Shown one piece after another: positions 1-10,352 of a stretch of DNA of 64,000 bases. The stretch is from NCBI GenBank assembly GCA_963754875.1, contig CAVWHO010000016.1, positions 544,001 through 608,000 of the forward strand, written 5' to 3'. A program made the position numbers and the translations under genes. The notes below the pieces were generated by a model, which saw only the letters and a list, made by a program, of their open reading frames with translations, ran no database searches and was not told the origin of the DNA. Positions within the stretch are counted from its first letter, which is position 1. Every line of letters starts with the position of its first letter. This DNA is from Nitrospirota bacterium. GTDB lineage: Bacteria > Nitrospirota > UBA9217.

Positions 1-193
1 TCACGTGAGGCCTGCGGCCGGTTTCAACAGTAACAACGGCTCCGTGGTCCTGACGACGCTCTTTGTGACCCATTACAACTTTCTCCGCCCTCACATGTCA
101 TTGAACTACAAGCCACCCGTTCAATTGCCGGAGCTCCAGGCCATTACCACGCTTCAGGGCAAATGGGCGAAGATTCTTTCTCTCGCTGCTTAA
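1..193 (+). CDS. C-terminal end of a DDE-type integrase/transposase (5' part outside the window)
   Basis: HYNFLRPHMSL matches the YNxxRPHxxL tail of DDE/rve transposases; the ORF runs off the left edge. Confidence 0.7.
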   Translation, partial: HVRPAAGFNSNNGSVVLTTLFVTHYNFLRPHMSLNYKPPVQLPELQAITTLQGKWAKILSLAA

Positions 194-367
194 ACTTTCC
201 GCCTGCTACATCTCAAAGAACGATCTCGTTAATGGACTTCTGTTGCCTGCCGCGTCCCATGCCGACGGTCGATCCGCCGCTAGATGATCTGGCTCCCCGT
301 CGCTAACCTTATCCGTCGATCATTTCATAGGGTCTACTCTCATTTTCATGAAAGTTTTGACACTATC
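1..367 (+). mobile_element. Right end of an insertion sequence (IS6-like)
   Basis: Transposase tail followed by aaagttttgacactatc (351-367); its reverse complement GATAGTGTCAAAACTTT resembles IS6-type terminal repeats; the partner end is not in the window. Confidence 0.45.
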
Positions 368-484
368 GCCGTCATATATTAGCAGAGCTAATTAACGAGA
401 GCAATACTATTAATTTTACTAATGTGAGCAATCCAGGGATAATGTCGGCAACGGGAAATTTCGTCTCAAGGTACGGAGGACCTT

Positions 485-916
485 ATGAAGAACGGTTCAT
501 TGCAACCCGGCTTGTCTTATGAATTCAGTTTCAAGGTGACAGAGAACAAAACCGTGCCGCACCTCTATCCGGAATCGCCGGAATTCAGCTTGATGCCGCC
601 TGTTTTGGCCACGGGGTACATGATTGGGCTCTTCGAATGGGCTTGTATTCAGGCGGTCAACCCTTATATCGATTGGCCCCAAGAGCAGACGGTCGGCACG
701 CATATCGATGTGAGCCATGAAGCTGCTACGCCAGCCGGTCTTATTGTTTCCGTTACGGTGAAACTGGAGGCCGTAGAGGGAAGGAGGCTGCTCTTTTCCA
801 TAAAAGCACACGATGGAATCGATAAGATATCCGAAGGTACTCACGAACGGTACATCATTCTTGCTTCGAAGTTTAATGAGAAGGCTAAAGCAAAGGCTGC
901 ACGAGGTGCGTCGTAA
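485..916 (+). CDS. Hot-dog-fold thioesterase, fluoroacetyl-CoA thioesterase (FlK)-like
   Basis: VLATGYMIGLFEWAC, TVGTHIDVSHEAATP, GTHER motifs; GGAGG RBS. Confidence 0.85.
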   Translation: MKNGSLQPGLSYEFSFKVTENKTVPHLYPESPEFSLMPPVLATGYMIGLFEWACIQAVNPYIDWPQEQTVGTHIDVSHEAATPAGLIVSVTVKLEAVEGRRLLFSIKAHDGIDKISEGTHERYIILASKFNEKAKAKAARGAS

Positions 917-1094
917 CAGAAGCGCTTTTTGAGAATTGGGGATTACAAAGCAGGCAGGAGGATCCGGCACTTACCGTCCCAAAAGTATATCCGAGGATCA
1001 TGACGATGAGCTCAACAAGAGACGACAAAAGCAGTACTGGACTATGATTCCCCTTGCATACATCTTACAAGCCGTCACCCTTGCGCGTTTTTTT

Positions 1095-1904
1095 CTATCT
1101 TAACAACAGCGAGATCGCGCCGGTGTTGCATACCCTCCGGCATAAGCCGCAGCCGAAACACTTGTGAGGATCGATATGGGCATGGAATGTGCCATGGTGC
1201 TGGTGGCTTTCGATTGCCTTGAAATTGCACTCAACATCGCACAGCCCGCAGCCAATGCAGAGCGCTTCATCCACCCGTGCCACGTACTCCGCGCGCTCCA
1301 TGGTCTCCACGCTGGTCCGGGAAAGGGTCAGCATGGCGAGACAATCCTCAGGCCCGCAGTTGCAGATTGCGCCGATGAAAGGGGTCATCATGGTCCAGAT
1401 CGTATGGACCCTTCCCTGCTCTTCCATTGCCTTCATCTGGGAGATTGCAGCGTCGGGTGCGAGTGCTTCCAGGCCTTCATCGGAAGCTTTGCCGAAGTAC
1501 CCCATGTCGATCGAGTTGTACCAGGCCTCGGGACCGTAGCTCACTGCGTAGCAGCAGCGCTCTTCTTTTTTCCCGATGTTCCATCTGCACGCGCAGGGCA
1601 TGCGCACCACGGTCCTGGCCTTGCCGACGAGGTCGCTGATCTCCTCGATAGGCAGCACCTGCCCGAAGTGCTCTGACTTGGACTTTTGAACCATGGCGGT
1701 CTTTACCGCCTGCGGGAGCTTGCCTTTTTTCCGAAAGATCGTCTCGAGCCTTCCTAATGTCTGGAACCCTTCGCTGAAGGCGGAAGTCAGGAATTTCTCG
1801 ATATAGCTGCGGCGATTAAGATCGGACAGAAGGTCCTGGCCGTAATTCGCCGCATTCTTGTACCAGATCTTACCGTCTCCGTGTTTTGTACAGAATTCAC
1901 ACAT
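1095..1904 (-). CDS. 4Fe-4S dicluster-domain protein
   Basis: C-terminal CIGCGLCDVEC and CFGCGLCRRVC; additional CACR, CC and ICNC motifs. Confidence 0.85.
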   Translation of the reverse strand: MCEFCTKHGDGKIWYKNAANYGQDLLSDLNRRSYIEKFLTSAFSEGFQTLGRLETIFRKKGKLPQAVKTAMVQKSKSEHFGQVLPIEEISDLVGKARTVVRMPCACRWNIGKKEERCCYAVSYGPEAWYNSIDMGYFGKASDEGLEALAPDAAISQMKAMEEQGRVHTIWTMMTPFIGAICNCGPEDCLAMLTLSRTSVETMERAEYVARVDEALCIGCGLCDVECNFKAIESHQHHGTFHAHIDPHKCFGCGLCRRVCNTGAISLLLR

Positions 1905-1936
1905 GGTAGGTATCTACAACAATCCTATGGCAGGCT

Positions 1937-1962
1937 ACTGCTCAGTTTAAAAACTGAGCAGT
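1937..1962. other. Hairpin between guaA and the 4Fe-4S gene
   Basis: actgctcagttt-aa-aaactgagcagt perfect inverted repeat. Confidence 0.5.
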
Positions 1963-1986
1963 TTCCAGGCAGGGCGGTTAAATTTC

Positions 1987-3540
1987 CTACTCCCACTCGA
2001 TCGTGCTCGGCGGCTTCGAAGAGATGTCGAAGCAGACTCGGTTCACGCCCTTCACCTCATTGATGATCCGGTTGGACATGACGCCCAGGAGGTCGTAGGG
2101 GATCTTTGCCCAGTCAGCGGTCATGCCGTCCTGGCTCGTGACCGCACGGATCGCCACTACGTTTTCGTAGGTTCTTTCGTCGCCCATGACGCCGACGGTC
2201 TTGATCGGAAGCAGCACGGCAAAGGACTGCCAGACCTGTTTGTAGAGCCCCGCTTTCTTGATCTCCTCGAGGACGATGGCATCTGCCTCGCGCAGAATCC
2301 TGAGCCTCGGCTCGGTCACTTCTCCCAGGATCCGGATGGCAAGCCCCGGCCCGGGGAAAGGCTGGCGGTCAATGATATCATCGGGCATCTTCATTTCACG
2401 GCCGATGGCCCGGACTTCGTCCTTGAATAACTCCCTAAGCGGCTCTACAAGTTTGAGCTTCATTTTCTCCGGCAGACCGCCTACATTGTGATGGGACTTG
2501 ATGATTGCCGACGGCCCTTTAAACGATACGCTCTCGATCACGTCGGGATAGAGGGTGCCCTGGACAAGAAATTCCGCCCCTCCCACGGCAAGGGCTTCGC
2601 GCTCGAACACTTCGATAAAAGTGTTGCCGATGATCTTCCGCTTTTTCTCAGGGTCCTCGACCCCGGCGAGCTTGCTCAGAAACTCCTGGGAAGCGTCGAC
2701 GTACTTGAGGTTCAGCCCCATGTTTTTAAACGACTGCTGGACCTGTTCTGCCTCATTCTTGCGGAGCACGCCGTTGTTCACGAATATGCAAGTGAGTTGT
2801 TTGCCGATGGCCTTGTGCACGAGGACCGCGGCAACGGACGAATCCACGCCTCCCGAGAGGCCGCACACGGCTTTTTTATCGCCGACAGACTTGCGGATCT
2901 CGTTGACGGAATAGTCCACAAAGGACGCCATGGTCCAGGTCGGCTCGCATTTGCAAATCGTATACACGAAGTTCCGGAGGATCTGTGTGCCATGCGGTGT
3001 ATGCGCCACTTCGGGATGAAACTGCACCCCGTAGAATCTGCCTTGGGTGTCCATCATGGCGGCAGTCGGAGAATTGTCGGTATGCGCTATGGCAATAAAG
3101 CCCGACGGCATCTTCTCGATCCGGTCGCCGTGACTCATCCAGACGATCGTCGTACAGGCGCCCTCGCCGATCCCTGCAAAGAGTTTTTCGCCTTTATGGA
3201 TATTCAGCTCGGCCCTGCCGAACTCGCGTTTTTGCGATTTTGCGACTTCTCCCCCGAGTACGTGAGTAAGGAGCTGCATGCCGTAGCAGATGCCGAGCAC
3301 GGGCACGCCCAGTTCGAGGTGGGCCTTGTCGATGAGCGGCGCGCCCGGGTCATATACGCTTGACGGTCCGCCGGAGAGGATCAGCCCCTTGGGCCGGAAA
3401 GCCTTGACCTTGTCGAGCCCTGCATTGTACGGGAATATTTCGCAATAGACCTTGGCTTCCCTCACCCGCCTCGCGATGAGCTGGGTATACTGGGACCCGA
3501 AGTCGAGGATAAGGATACGTTCGCTGTGGATGTCTGACAC
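1987..3540 (-). CDS. guaA: GMP synthase (glutamine-hydrolysing)
   Basis: [55 protein letters not shown] start at 3540 after AAGGGG. Confidence 0.98.
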   Translation of the reverse strand: MSDIHSERILILDFGSQYTQLIARRVREAKVYCEIFPYNAGLDKVKAFRPKGLILSGGPSSVYDPGAPLIDKAHLELGVPVLGICYGMQLLTHVLGGEVAKSQKREFGRAELNIHKGEKLFAGIGEGACTTIVWMSHGDRIEKMPSGFIAIAHTDNSPTAAMMDTQGRFYGVQFHPEVAHTPHGTQILRNFVYTICKCEPTWTMASFVDYSVNEIRKSVGDKKAVCGLSGGVDSSVAAVLVHKAIGKQLTCIFVNNGVLRKNEAEQVQQSFKNMGLNLKYVDASQEFLSKLAGVEDPEKKRKIIGNTFIEVFEREALAVGGAEFLVQGTLYPDVIESVSFKGPSAIIKSHHNVGGLPEKMKLKLVEPLRELFKDEVRAIGREMKMPDDIIDRQPFPGPGLAIRILGEVTEPRLRILREADAIVLEEIKKAGLYKQVWQSFAVLLPIKTVGVMGDERTYENVVAIRAVTSQDGMTADWAKIPYDLLGVMSNRIINEVKGVNRVCFDISSKPPSTIEWE

Positions 3541-3626
3541 GGAAAACCCCTTTCGCATGAAATATGAACGGTATTATATCAGGATGTCGATAGCTGTCAA
3601 TCGGAGAATCGGCTGAAAAACTGACC

Positions 3627-3656
3627 TTGACAAGGTTCGCCGTGACCGTTTATTAT
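3627..3656 (+). promoter_or_regulatory. sigma70 promoter of the HD-domain gene (probably leaderless)
   Basis: TTGACA 3627-3632, 18 bp spacer, TATTAT 3651-3656, ATG at 3663 with no SD. Confidence 0.55.
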
Positions 3657-3662
3657 AAATTC

Positions 3663-4421
3663 ATGGGACTGCCGCAGTATCGAAGACTTCGCGAAACAGC
3701 GCACCGGGTGGCCGCTACGCTCCCGAAACCCGCTTTTTACGTAAGGCACGAAAGCTTCATTCAACGGGCCAACGAGACCCTCGCGAACCATGACCTTGTC
3801 AAACGGTGCCGGTCCTACCTCGACGAATCGCAGATGGAATGCGCGCACGGTCTTTTTCACTGTGAAGCTGTCGCCCGGGACGCTGGAGCGCTCATCCTGA
3901 TCGAAATGAAGGAACGCGGCGCTACCTGGCAGGAGACCGAACCGCTGTTCACCGCGGCGCTCATCGCCGGATTGCTTCATGATATCAAGCGAAAAGAGCA
4001 GGACCATGCCGTTCGGGGCAGCATTGAGGCGGAAAAGATCCTGACGGGCCTCGGCATGAGTTTGAGAGAGCGCCAATACATTGCCGATGCAATCAGGAAC
4101 CACGAAGCTTTCCAGGAGACCTTCGAACGTGACGACGACGCGGGAAGGCTTGTAAGCGACGCGCTCTATGATGCCGATAAGTTCCGGTGGGGACCCGAAA
4201 ACTTCACAACGACCCTCTGGCTCATGGTGGAAACCCATAACACTCCTATCGAGTCGTTGCACAGAACGTTCCGGGAAAAGATGAAGGGGATTGAAAAAAT
4301 CAAGGAAACCTTCCGGACCCCAACGGGCAGGCAGTTCGGTCCGGAATTTATCGATATGGGGATAGCTATCGGAAATGCGATTTACGAGGAAATGAACTCA
4401 CTCCTTAAGCTCGGATGCTGA
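3663..4421 (+). CDS. HD-domain metal-dependent phosphohydrolase
   Basis: HGLFH...LLHDIKR...DHA...IRNHE...DADK. Confidence 0.8.
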   Translation: MGLPQYRRLRETAHRVAATLPKPAFYVRHESFIQRANETLANHDLVKRCRSYLDESQMECAHGLFHCEAVARDAGALILIEMKERGATWQETEPLFTAALIAGLLHDIKRKEQDHAVRGSIEAEKILTGLGMSLRERQYIADAIRNHEAFQETFERDDDAGRLVSDALYDADKFRWGPENFTTTLWLMVETHNTPIESLHRTFREKMKGIEKIKETFRTPTGRQFGPEFIDMGIAIGNAIYEEMNSLLKLGC

Positions 4422-4497
4422 GAGGCCATCTGCTCCAGTCGTTTACGCTTCGTTCCCTTCCCTGCTCATTACCTCCGGCCTGCCCTCTGCCGCCTGT

Positions 4498-5397
4498 TCA
4501 CTCCGTATCCTGCTCCTTCTTCCCGTACACTTTTTTCATAACTGCACCAGCGCGCTCCTTGCGCGTTTCGAGCACGCCCTGCTTGAACGGCAGGGTTTCT
4601 TCAGCAAACATCGCAGAGCGGAGCCAGTCGTAGGCAAGCTTCAGGAGCTCGGCGTCGTCGGTGCGGACCTTGTCGATCCGTTCCGCGGGGATATCGTAGG
4701 TCTCAAGAAAACTGCTGCCGAACACGAACTCGCGGAAGTAGTCCGTATTGGTGCTGACCATAAAGAACATCTTATTTTTGATGTCGGGAAACTCCCTTTC
4801 GCCGAAGGATTTCTTTTTGATCAGGATATCCATCCAACCGCGGTTAATATCGTCGTACAGGTCCGCTTCCTGGTCCTTGCGCCACGCGTCTATGGTCCAG
4901 TCCTTGTCCTCTTCGAAGCCCTTGCAGTGGTCCTCTTTGGTCAAAAAATAGAACTCGTCCTTGCCACCCTCGGACTCTTTATTCCTGAGCGTTGCCATGC
5001 CGATGGGATAATAGCGACAGATGTTCGGCCGGTCCTCGTACACCGTGCAGCCGTCGGGCGTTACGAACGGGCAGCTTCGTTTTTCGTCGCTCTGCATCTT
5101 GAGCGTGATCACGGGAAGGAGCGTCTTCGCGAGGATCTCGATCTCGCAATACTGGTTGATGAAGTCCTCGGAGGTCATGCCGAGCCTTTTCCTGAGACGC
5201 AGGAGGTCGTAGGGCGGCAGCACAATGTTGATGTTGCTGCAGCAGGCGGTAAAACACTTCACGCCCTTGTGGCAGCTGAACTTAAACCTGCTGTTCCCCG
5301 TCAGCTTGACGGGCAGGACCTTATCAGTATCGCTCTTTTTGAGCGGCTCGACTTTGATATCTTCCGCTATCATCTTTTCTTTTTTCTTATCTTTCAT
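4498..5397 (-). CDS. YkgJ-family (CxxCxxCC) cysteine-cluster protein
   Basis: FSCHKGVKCFTACC, CPFVTPDGCTVYEDRPNICRYYP, HCKG. Confidence 0.9.
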   Translation of the reverse strand: MKDKKKEKMIAEDIKVEPLKKSDTDKVLPVKLTGNSRFKFSCHKGVKCFTACCSNINIVLPPYDLLRLRKRLGMTSEDFINQYCEIEILAKTLLPVITLKMQSDEKRSCPFVTPDGCTVYEDRPNICRYYPIGMATLRNKESEGGKDEFYFLTKEDHCKGFEEDKDWTIDAWRKDQEADLYDDINRGWMDILIKKKSFGEREFPDIKNKMFFMVSTNTDYFREFVFGSSFLETYDIPAERIDKVRTDDAELLKLAYDWLRSAMFAEETLPFKQGVLETRKERAGAVMKKVYGKKEQDTE

Positions 5398-5462
5398 AAC
5401 ACCCTCTTTGCTATTTCCTTTTTATTCCGCATTCCGCCACATGATGCCCCCCACCTTTTATT

Positions 5463-5499
5463 CTCTCCCCTCAGGGGAGAGGGCAGGGTGTGGGGTGGT
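5463..5499. repeat. Short REP-like palindrome (CTCTCCC...GGGAGAGGG type)
   Basis: ctctcccctcaggggagagggcagggtgtggggt. Confidence 0.5.
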
Positions 5500-5500
5500 T

Positions 5501-6001
5501 TCACTTCATCCATCCTTGTATTTCGTGATGCTGCTTTATGAACAGCTCGACGCCCTCATGATCGGGTCCGAGAATTTCCTTGAACCTGTCGAGCGCTTCG
5601 TAAAATTGCATCTCTCTCGTGCCGCTGACAAGGTTGTCGGCATAGGAAACGATCTTTTCTTCGGCCGTCCGGGGCAGGTAATCCTTTTCCGGCAAGCCGA
5701 GCCGCACGGCCTCCCGTGCCGTTAGGCCCGCGCCGATGTGGCGCTCGATGATCTTGACGAGTGCGTCCGGAAATTCGAGACTTCTTGCGATAGCAACGCC
5801 CGCCACGGCATGGTCGATCCCATGCGTCTTCGATCTGCCGATATCATGGAACAGGCCGCCCTGGCGCACCAAGGCATGGTCTACGCCAATGTTCACGCCT
5901 CTGGCGATTGAAAGTGCCATGTTCGAGACCGCTTTACAATGCGCGACAACGGCAGGCGAACATCCGGCGGCAATAAGAACCTCAACATCTGAACCGTGCA
6001 T
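5501..6001 (-). CDS. HD-domain protein (HDIG type)
   Basis: VAHC...LFHDIGRSKTHGIDHA...IERHIGAG...EEKIVSYADNL. Confidence 0.88.
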   Translation of the reverse strand: MHGSDVEVLIAAGCSPAVVAHCKAVSNMALSIARGVNIGVDHALVRQGGLFHDIGRSKTHGIDHAVAGVAIARSLEFPDALVKIIERHIGAGLTAREAVRLGLPEKDYLPRTAEEKIVSYADNLVSGTREMQFYEALDRFKEILGPDHEGVELFIKQHHEIQGWMK

Positions 6002-6080
6002 AGCGTGATGAATAATACCACTTTTCAACTGAAATTCAATAAGTTTGAAGAGTGGACCCCTGCATCTCCAGCCTGATTTT

Positions 6081-6111
6081 AAAAAAAAAGGGCTGGCCGT
6101 TCGGCCAGCCC
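6081..6111 (-). terminator. Intrinsic terminator after hppA
   Basis: gggctggccg/cggccagccc stem followed by a U9 tract on the minus strand. Confidence 0.85.
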
Positions 6112-6137
6112 CTCGTTGGATAAGATGTTGCAGATGC

Positions 6138-8216
6138 CTATCTGATCAACGGAACGATCAGAAGCGCAACGATGTTGATGACCTTGATCATCGGGTTGAT
6201 GGCCGGGCCCGCGGTGTCCTTGTAAGGATCGCCGACCGTATCGCCGGTCACCGATGCTTTGTGTCCATCGCTCCCCTTCTTATGTACGACGCCTTTGCTG
6301 TCGGTAACGCCGTCTTCAAAGGACTTCTTGGCATTGTCCCATGCGCCGCCGCCTGAGGTCATGGCGATCGCCTGGAACAGGCCGGTCAGGATGGCGCCGA
6401 TGAGCACGCCGCCCAGGGCTTCTTTGCCCAGGAGGAGGCCAACCAGGACGGGAACGACTACCGGGAGGAGCGCCGGAACCATCATCTCATTGATGGCGCT
6501 CTTGGTCACAATGTCAACGCACTTGCCATACTGAGGCTTTCCCGTGCCTTCCATGATGCCCTTGATCTCGCGGAACTGCCTGCGAACTTCTTCCACCACA
6601 CCACCCGCAGCCTTACCCACGGACTCCATGAGGAGGGAGCCGAAGTAGTAGGGGAGCAAGCCGCCGATGAACAGGCCGGCGAGGACCATCGGGTTCGAAA
6701 GGTCGAACAGGATCGTCGTTCCGAATGAGCGTGAATATTCTGAAAAAAGCACCAAAGCGGCAAGGGCCGCAGAGCCGATGGCATAGCCCTTGGTCACTGC
6801 CTTGGTCGTGTTGCCGACCGCATCGAGAGGATCGGTGATATCGCGGATGGCCTGCGGGAGCCCGGCCATTTCAGCGACGCCGCCCGCATTGTCCGTGATC
6901 GGACCGTACGAGTCAATGGCCACGACGATACCGGTCATGGAGAGCATGGACACAGCTGCCAGCGCGATGGCGAAGATGCCGCCGGCTGCTGCATTCGCTT
7001 GACCGGAAAATCCGCCGCCAAGCCAGTAAGCGCCGAGGATCGAGGCAACGATCACGATCACAGGCGCTGCGGTGGACTTCATGCTGACTGCGAGTCCGGC
7101 GATCACGTTCGTGCCGTGTCCGGTCAGGCTGGCCTGTGCAATGTGCTGTACCGGGGAATACTCTTTAGCAGTAAAGTACTCGGTGATCCACACAATCAAC
7201 CCGGTGAGAGCAAGGCCGATGAGGGAGATAAAGAACACGGTGTTAGCCGTAAAAACGCCGGCATTGGCGCCGAGGCTATCGATAAAGCTTTTGGACACGA
7301 AATAGAACGCGACTGCCGCGATAACGCCTGCAACGGCAAGGCCCTTGTACAGGGCGCCCATGATGTAGTTGCTCTTGCCGAGCTTCACGGCATAAGTGCC
7401 GATGATGGAAGCAATGATCGAAACACCGCCGAGCATGAGCGGGAACTCGATCCACGGGCTGGCCGCGCCGAACACGGTCTTGGCGAGGAGCATGGCGGCC
7501 ACGAGGGTCACCGTGTAGGTCTCATAGAGGTCAGCGGCCATGCCAGCGCAGTCGCCGACGTTGTCGCCCACGTTGTCGGCGATCACGGCGGGGTTGCGCG
7601 GGTCGTCTTCGGGGATGTTCTTCTCAACCTTACCCACGAGATCGGCGCCCACGTCAGCTGCCTTGGTATAGATACCGCCTGCGATACGGGCAAACACGCT
7701 CATGAGCGAGCAGCCAAAGCCGAGACCAATAAGAGCATGGGATACCTGTTCAGCCGGAGCAAACGTCTTGGCGACGAGGTAAAAACCGGCAAGGCCGATG
7801 ATCCCGAGACCCACGACCATGATGCCGGTCACGGAGCCGCCCTTGAATGCGAGGCTGAGCGCGGCCTGGAGGCCTTTGCTCGCTGCCGCGGCAGTGCGCA
7901 CGTTCGCACGGAGCGATACCCACATGCCGATAAAGCCCGCGAGGGCGGAACCCACCGTACCGATGATAAATCCGACGGCTGCCCACAATCCGAGTGCGGG
8001 AACGAAAGCCAGAATAGCTACCAGAATGACCGCGACAATTGCTACTGTTCTATACTCGCGCGCTATGAACGCATAGGCGCCTTCCTTCACTGCATCGGAA
8101 ATTTCCCTCATCTTGGCGTTGCCTGAATCCTGTTTGTTCACCCAGATAGCGGTCATGATGCCGTAGATAACGCCAGCAATGCCGCAGATCAGGGCAAATA
8201 GAATCGTGTTACTCAT
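6138..8216 (-). CDS. hppA: Membrane-bound H+-translocating pyrophosphatase, K+-independent type
   Basis: [40 protein letters not shown] (Lys marks the K+-independent class), [10 protein letters not shown]. Confidence 0.96.
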   Translation of the reverse strand: MSNTILFALICGIAGVIYGIMTAIWVNKQDSGNAKMREISDAVKEGAYAFIAREYRTVAIVAVILVAILAFVPALGLWAAVGFIIGTVGSALAGFIGMWVSLRANVRTAAAASKGLQAALSLAFKGGSVTGIMVVGLGIIGLAGFYLVAKTFAPAEQVSHALIGLGFGCSLMSVFARIAGGIYTKAADVGADLVGKVEKNIPEDDPRNPAVIADNVGDNVGDCAGMAADLYETYTVTLVAAMLLAKTVFGAASPWIEFPLMLGGVSIIASIIGTYAVKLGKSNYIMGALYKGLAVAGVIAAVAFYFVSKSFIDSLGANAGVFTANTVFFISLIGLALTGLIVWITEYFTAKEYSPVQHIAQASLTGHGTNVIAGLAVSMKSTAAPVIVIVASILGAYWLGGGFSGQANAAAGGIFAIALAAVSMLSMTGIVVAIDSYGPITDNAGGVAEMAGLPQAIRDITDPLDAVGNTTKAVTKGYAIGSAALAALVLFSEYSRSFGTTILFDLSNPMVLAGLFIGGLLPYYFGSLLMESVGKAAGGVVEEVRRQFREIKGIMEGTGKPQYGKCVDIVTKSAINEMMVPALLPVVVPVLVGLLLGKEALGGVLIGAILTGLFQAIAMTSGGGAWDNAKKSFEDGVTDSKGVVHKKGSDGHKASVTGDTVGDPYKDTAGPAINPMIKVINIVALLIVPLIR

Positions 8217-8357
8217 TAGTTCCCCTCCTTTAGATTAGATTATATCGTTCTGTTGTTTTCAATCTCATAAAATGCGCTCATCGCATCCTTGGGCGCGAAC
8301 TGCCGCAATACGTTTCCCCCAGGCATCCCTCCCTCAAAAAACCTTGTATGAGATACA

Positions 8358-8804
8358 TTAATCGCCGATTTCGCCGAGCTTGCCGCCGATCATGTCTTTC
8401 AGATAGAGGTTCTCCGCCTTCAGGTTCTTTACCAGGACCCGGACCACGTCCCGCATGGAAAGAAGTCCTACCAGTCCGCTCTCTTCGACGACCGGGGTGT
8501 GGCGGATGTTGTTTCGGATCATGATGGCCATGACATAGTCGAGGTCATCGCCGGGCTTTACTACCAGAAGGTTTGTACTCATAACGTCCTTGATCTTGAC
8601 GTCCTTGCACTGTTTCCCCTCTTCCGCGGTCGTTTTGACGATATCACGCTCGGTGATAATGCCTGCGAGCGATCCCCGGTCCATGACGAGGAGCGCGCCG
8701 ATGTTGCATTCCGTCATCTGCTTCGCTCCATCGAGCATCGATTGGTCGCTTGTGATGCTGAAGCATTCCAGGCCTTTGATACTAAGCAGTTCTTTGACTT
8801 TCAT
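8358..8804 (-). CDS. CBS-domain-pair protein
   Basis: IGALLVM...GIITERDI and IRHTPVV...GLLSMRDVV; GAGGAG RBS before MKVKELL. Confidence 0.9.
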   Translation of the reverse strand: MKVKELLSIKGLECFSITSDQSMLDGAKQMTECNIGALLVMDRGSLAGIITERDIVKTTAEEGKQCKDVKIKDVMSTNLLVVKPGDDLDYVMAIMIRNNIRHTPVVEESGLVGLLSMRDVVRVLVKNLKAENLYLKDMIGGKLGEIGD

Positions 8805-9125
8805 GGCATTCTCCTCTGCATAATCGTGGGATGGCGAACCGTTGTTAAAACGAAAACGCATTCCCGGTGGAGACCCAGTTTTTAACACGGGCTTATGATA
8901 CCCCTCCGCCATCAGACGTGGTATCGGTTACGGTTACCGAAAAAAGCGGGATGAGTATATCATAATTCTGTTCGTTGCGCTCTCGCAAATGCCGCTCAAG
9001 ACGGGGCATTTCGCAATTGCGCAACCCTGATTCCGACAGCCAAAATTTGACTTACCTCTGTTCCCGGAGGGAGCTGAACGCCCGGGCTGGCATCGGCCTC
9101 CCGGAGAGGCGGTCAGCCGGGGATA

Positions 9126-10292
9126 TTATTTTTTGTCCCGCCCCGTATGTTTCGCAAATACCATCGCGGTCGTTCGGTAGAACAGGTGTGCGAACTTAGA
9201 GTATGGAGCGTAGGCGAAGAGCGACCAGATGAACACAAGGTGCAGATAGTACACGAAGTAACCCGCGCTCATGTCGGCAAGCCGGAGCGCCCAGGACAGC
9301 ATGCCTGTGGCGCCGACGCCGATTACGATCGTGAGGAAGATCCAGTCGAAGTAGGAACCCATCCCTGCCTTGCCTGCTTTCGCCAGCCGGTTGAGCAGGA
9401 GAATCATGATGCCTGCTGCAAAAGCAACGGAGCTGATGAGCGCCAGGATCTTCACGGGATCGCTGTTCGGATAGGGAGATTCGCCGAAATGGAAGGGGCC
9501 GAAGGGCTGGATGCCCAGGAGTTCAAAACCATAGAGATAAACGATCGCCCACGTGGTCACGACAGCAAGCCCGGCGAAGGAATAAAACAGGAGCATGTGG
9601 CCCCACTGACGGGTCCGGTTCACATTACAATCTGCGAACTTCGTATGGGCCAGGATCTGGGTAACCGAGGAAATGATGTCACCGACGAGGCTGCCGCTGG
9701 ATTGCATCGCACCGGCCTGGGCCTTCATGCCGTTCCAGAGCCGTGTGATTCCCACGAAGGCAGAGGCCGCAGCAAAGATAGCCGTCAGGATAAAAACTGT
9801 ATCGATCACCGGCACGGGAACGAACTTGTGGTAGGCCATGATATTGCCTTCGGCCCTCGGTGCGGAGAAGTTTCCGTTGCCGAGCACCATGAGGATGACA
9901 TAGAAGAGCACCATGGGGATGGCGAAGAGGACCGGCAGGAGCTTTGCATCCGTCGCGATCTTCGCGAAAAAGGGCACCATGGCAACGTGCTTGATGCTTT
10001 GTTTTCTGATGGCGTTCAGCACTTCGCCGGGCTTGGCGCCGCGCGGACAATAAGCCGTACAGTCGCTGCACTGATGGCAGAGCCAGACATCGGCGCTCGT
10101 GATCAATTTGTCCTTCTGGCCCCACTGGGCGAGGACCATTTCCTTCCGCGGGAAAGGGTTCCCCTCGGGGGTCACGTTGCAGACCACCGAGCAGGTGGCA
10201 CACTGGTAGCATTTCTTGAGAGATTCGCCGCCGCCCTTAATGATCTCGTTTACAAATTGTAGATCGGGTTTGATAACCGTTGCATCTGACAT
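9126..10292 (-). CDS. qmoC: Quinone-interacting membrane-bound oxidoreductase subunit C
   Basis: CYQCATCSVVC and CHQCSDCTAYCP followed by a membrane domain ending PYSKFAH; lies downstream of qmoAB. Confidence 0.95.
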   Translation of the reverse strand: MSDATVIKPDLQFVNEIIKGGGESLKKCYQCATCSVVCNVTPEGNPFPRKEMVLAQWGQKDKLITSADVWLCHQCSDCTAYCPRGAKPGEVLNAIRKQSIKHVAMVPFFAKIATDAKLLPVLFAIPMVLFYVILMVLGNGNFSAPRAEGNIMAYHKFVPVPVIDTVFILTAIFAAASAFVGITRLWNGMKAQAGAMQSSGSLVGDIISSVTQILAHTKFADCNVNRTRQWGHMLLFYSFAGLAVVTTWAIVYLYGFELLGIQPFGPFHFGESPYPNSDPVKILALISSVAFAAGIMILLLNRLAKAGKAGMGSYFDWIFLTIVIGVGATGMLSWALRLADMSAGYFVYYLHLVFIWSLFAYAPYSKFAHLFYRTTAMVFAKHTGRDKK

Positions 10293-10352
10293 AAATTCTA
10301 TCCTCCAATTACTCTGTTAGGAGTGATGTTTGTATTACATTCCACATTCGGT

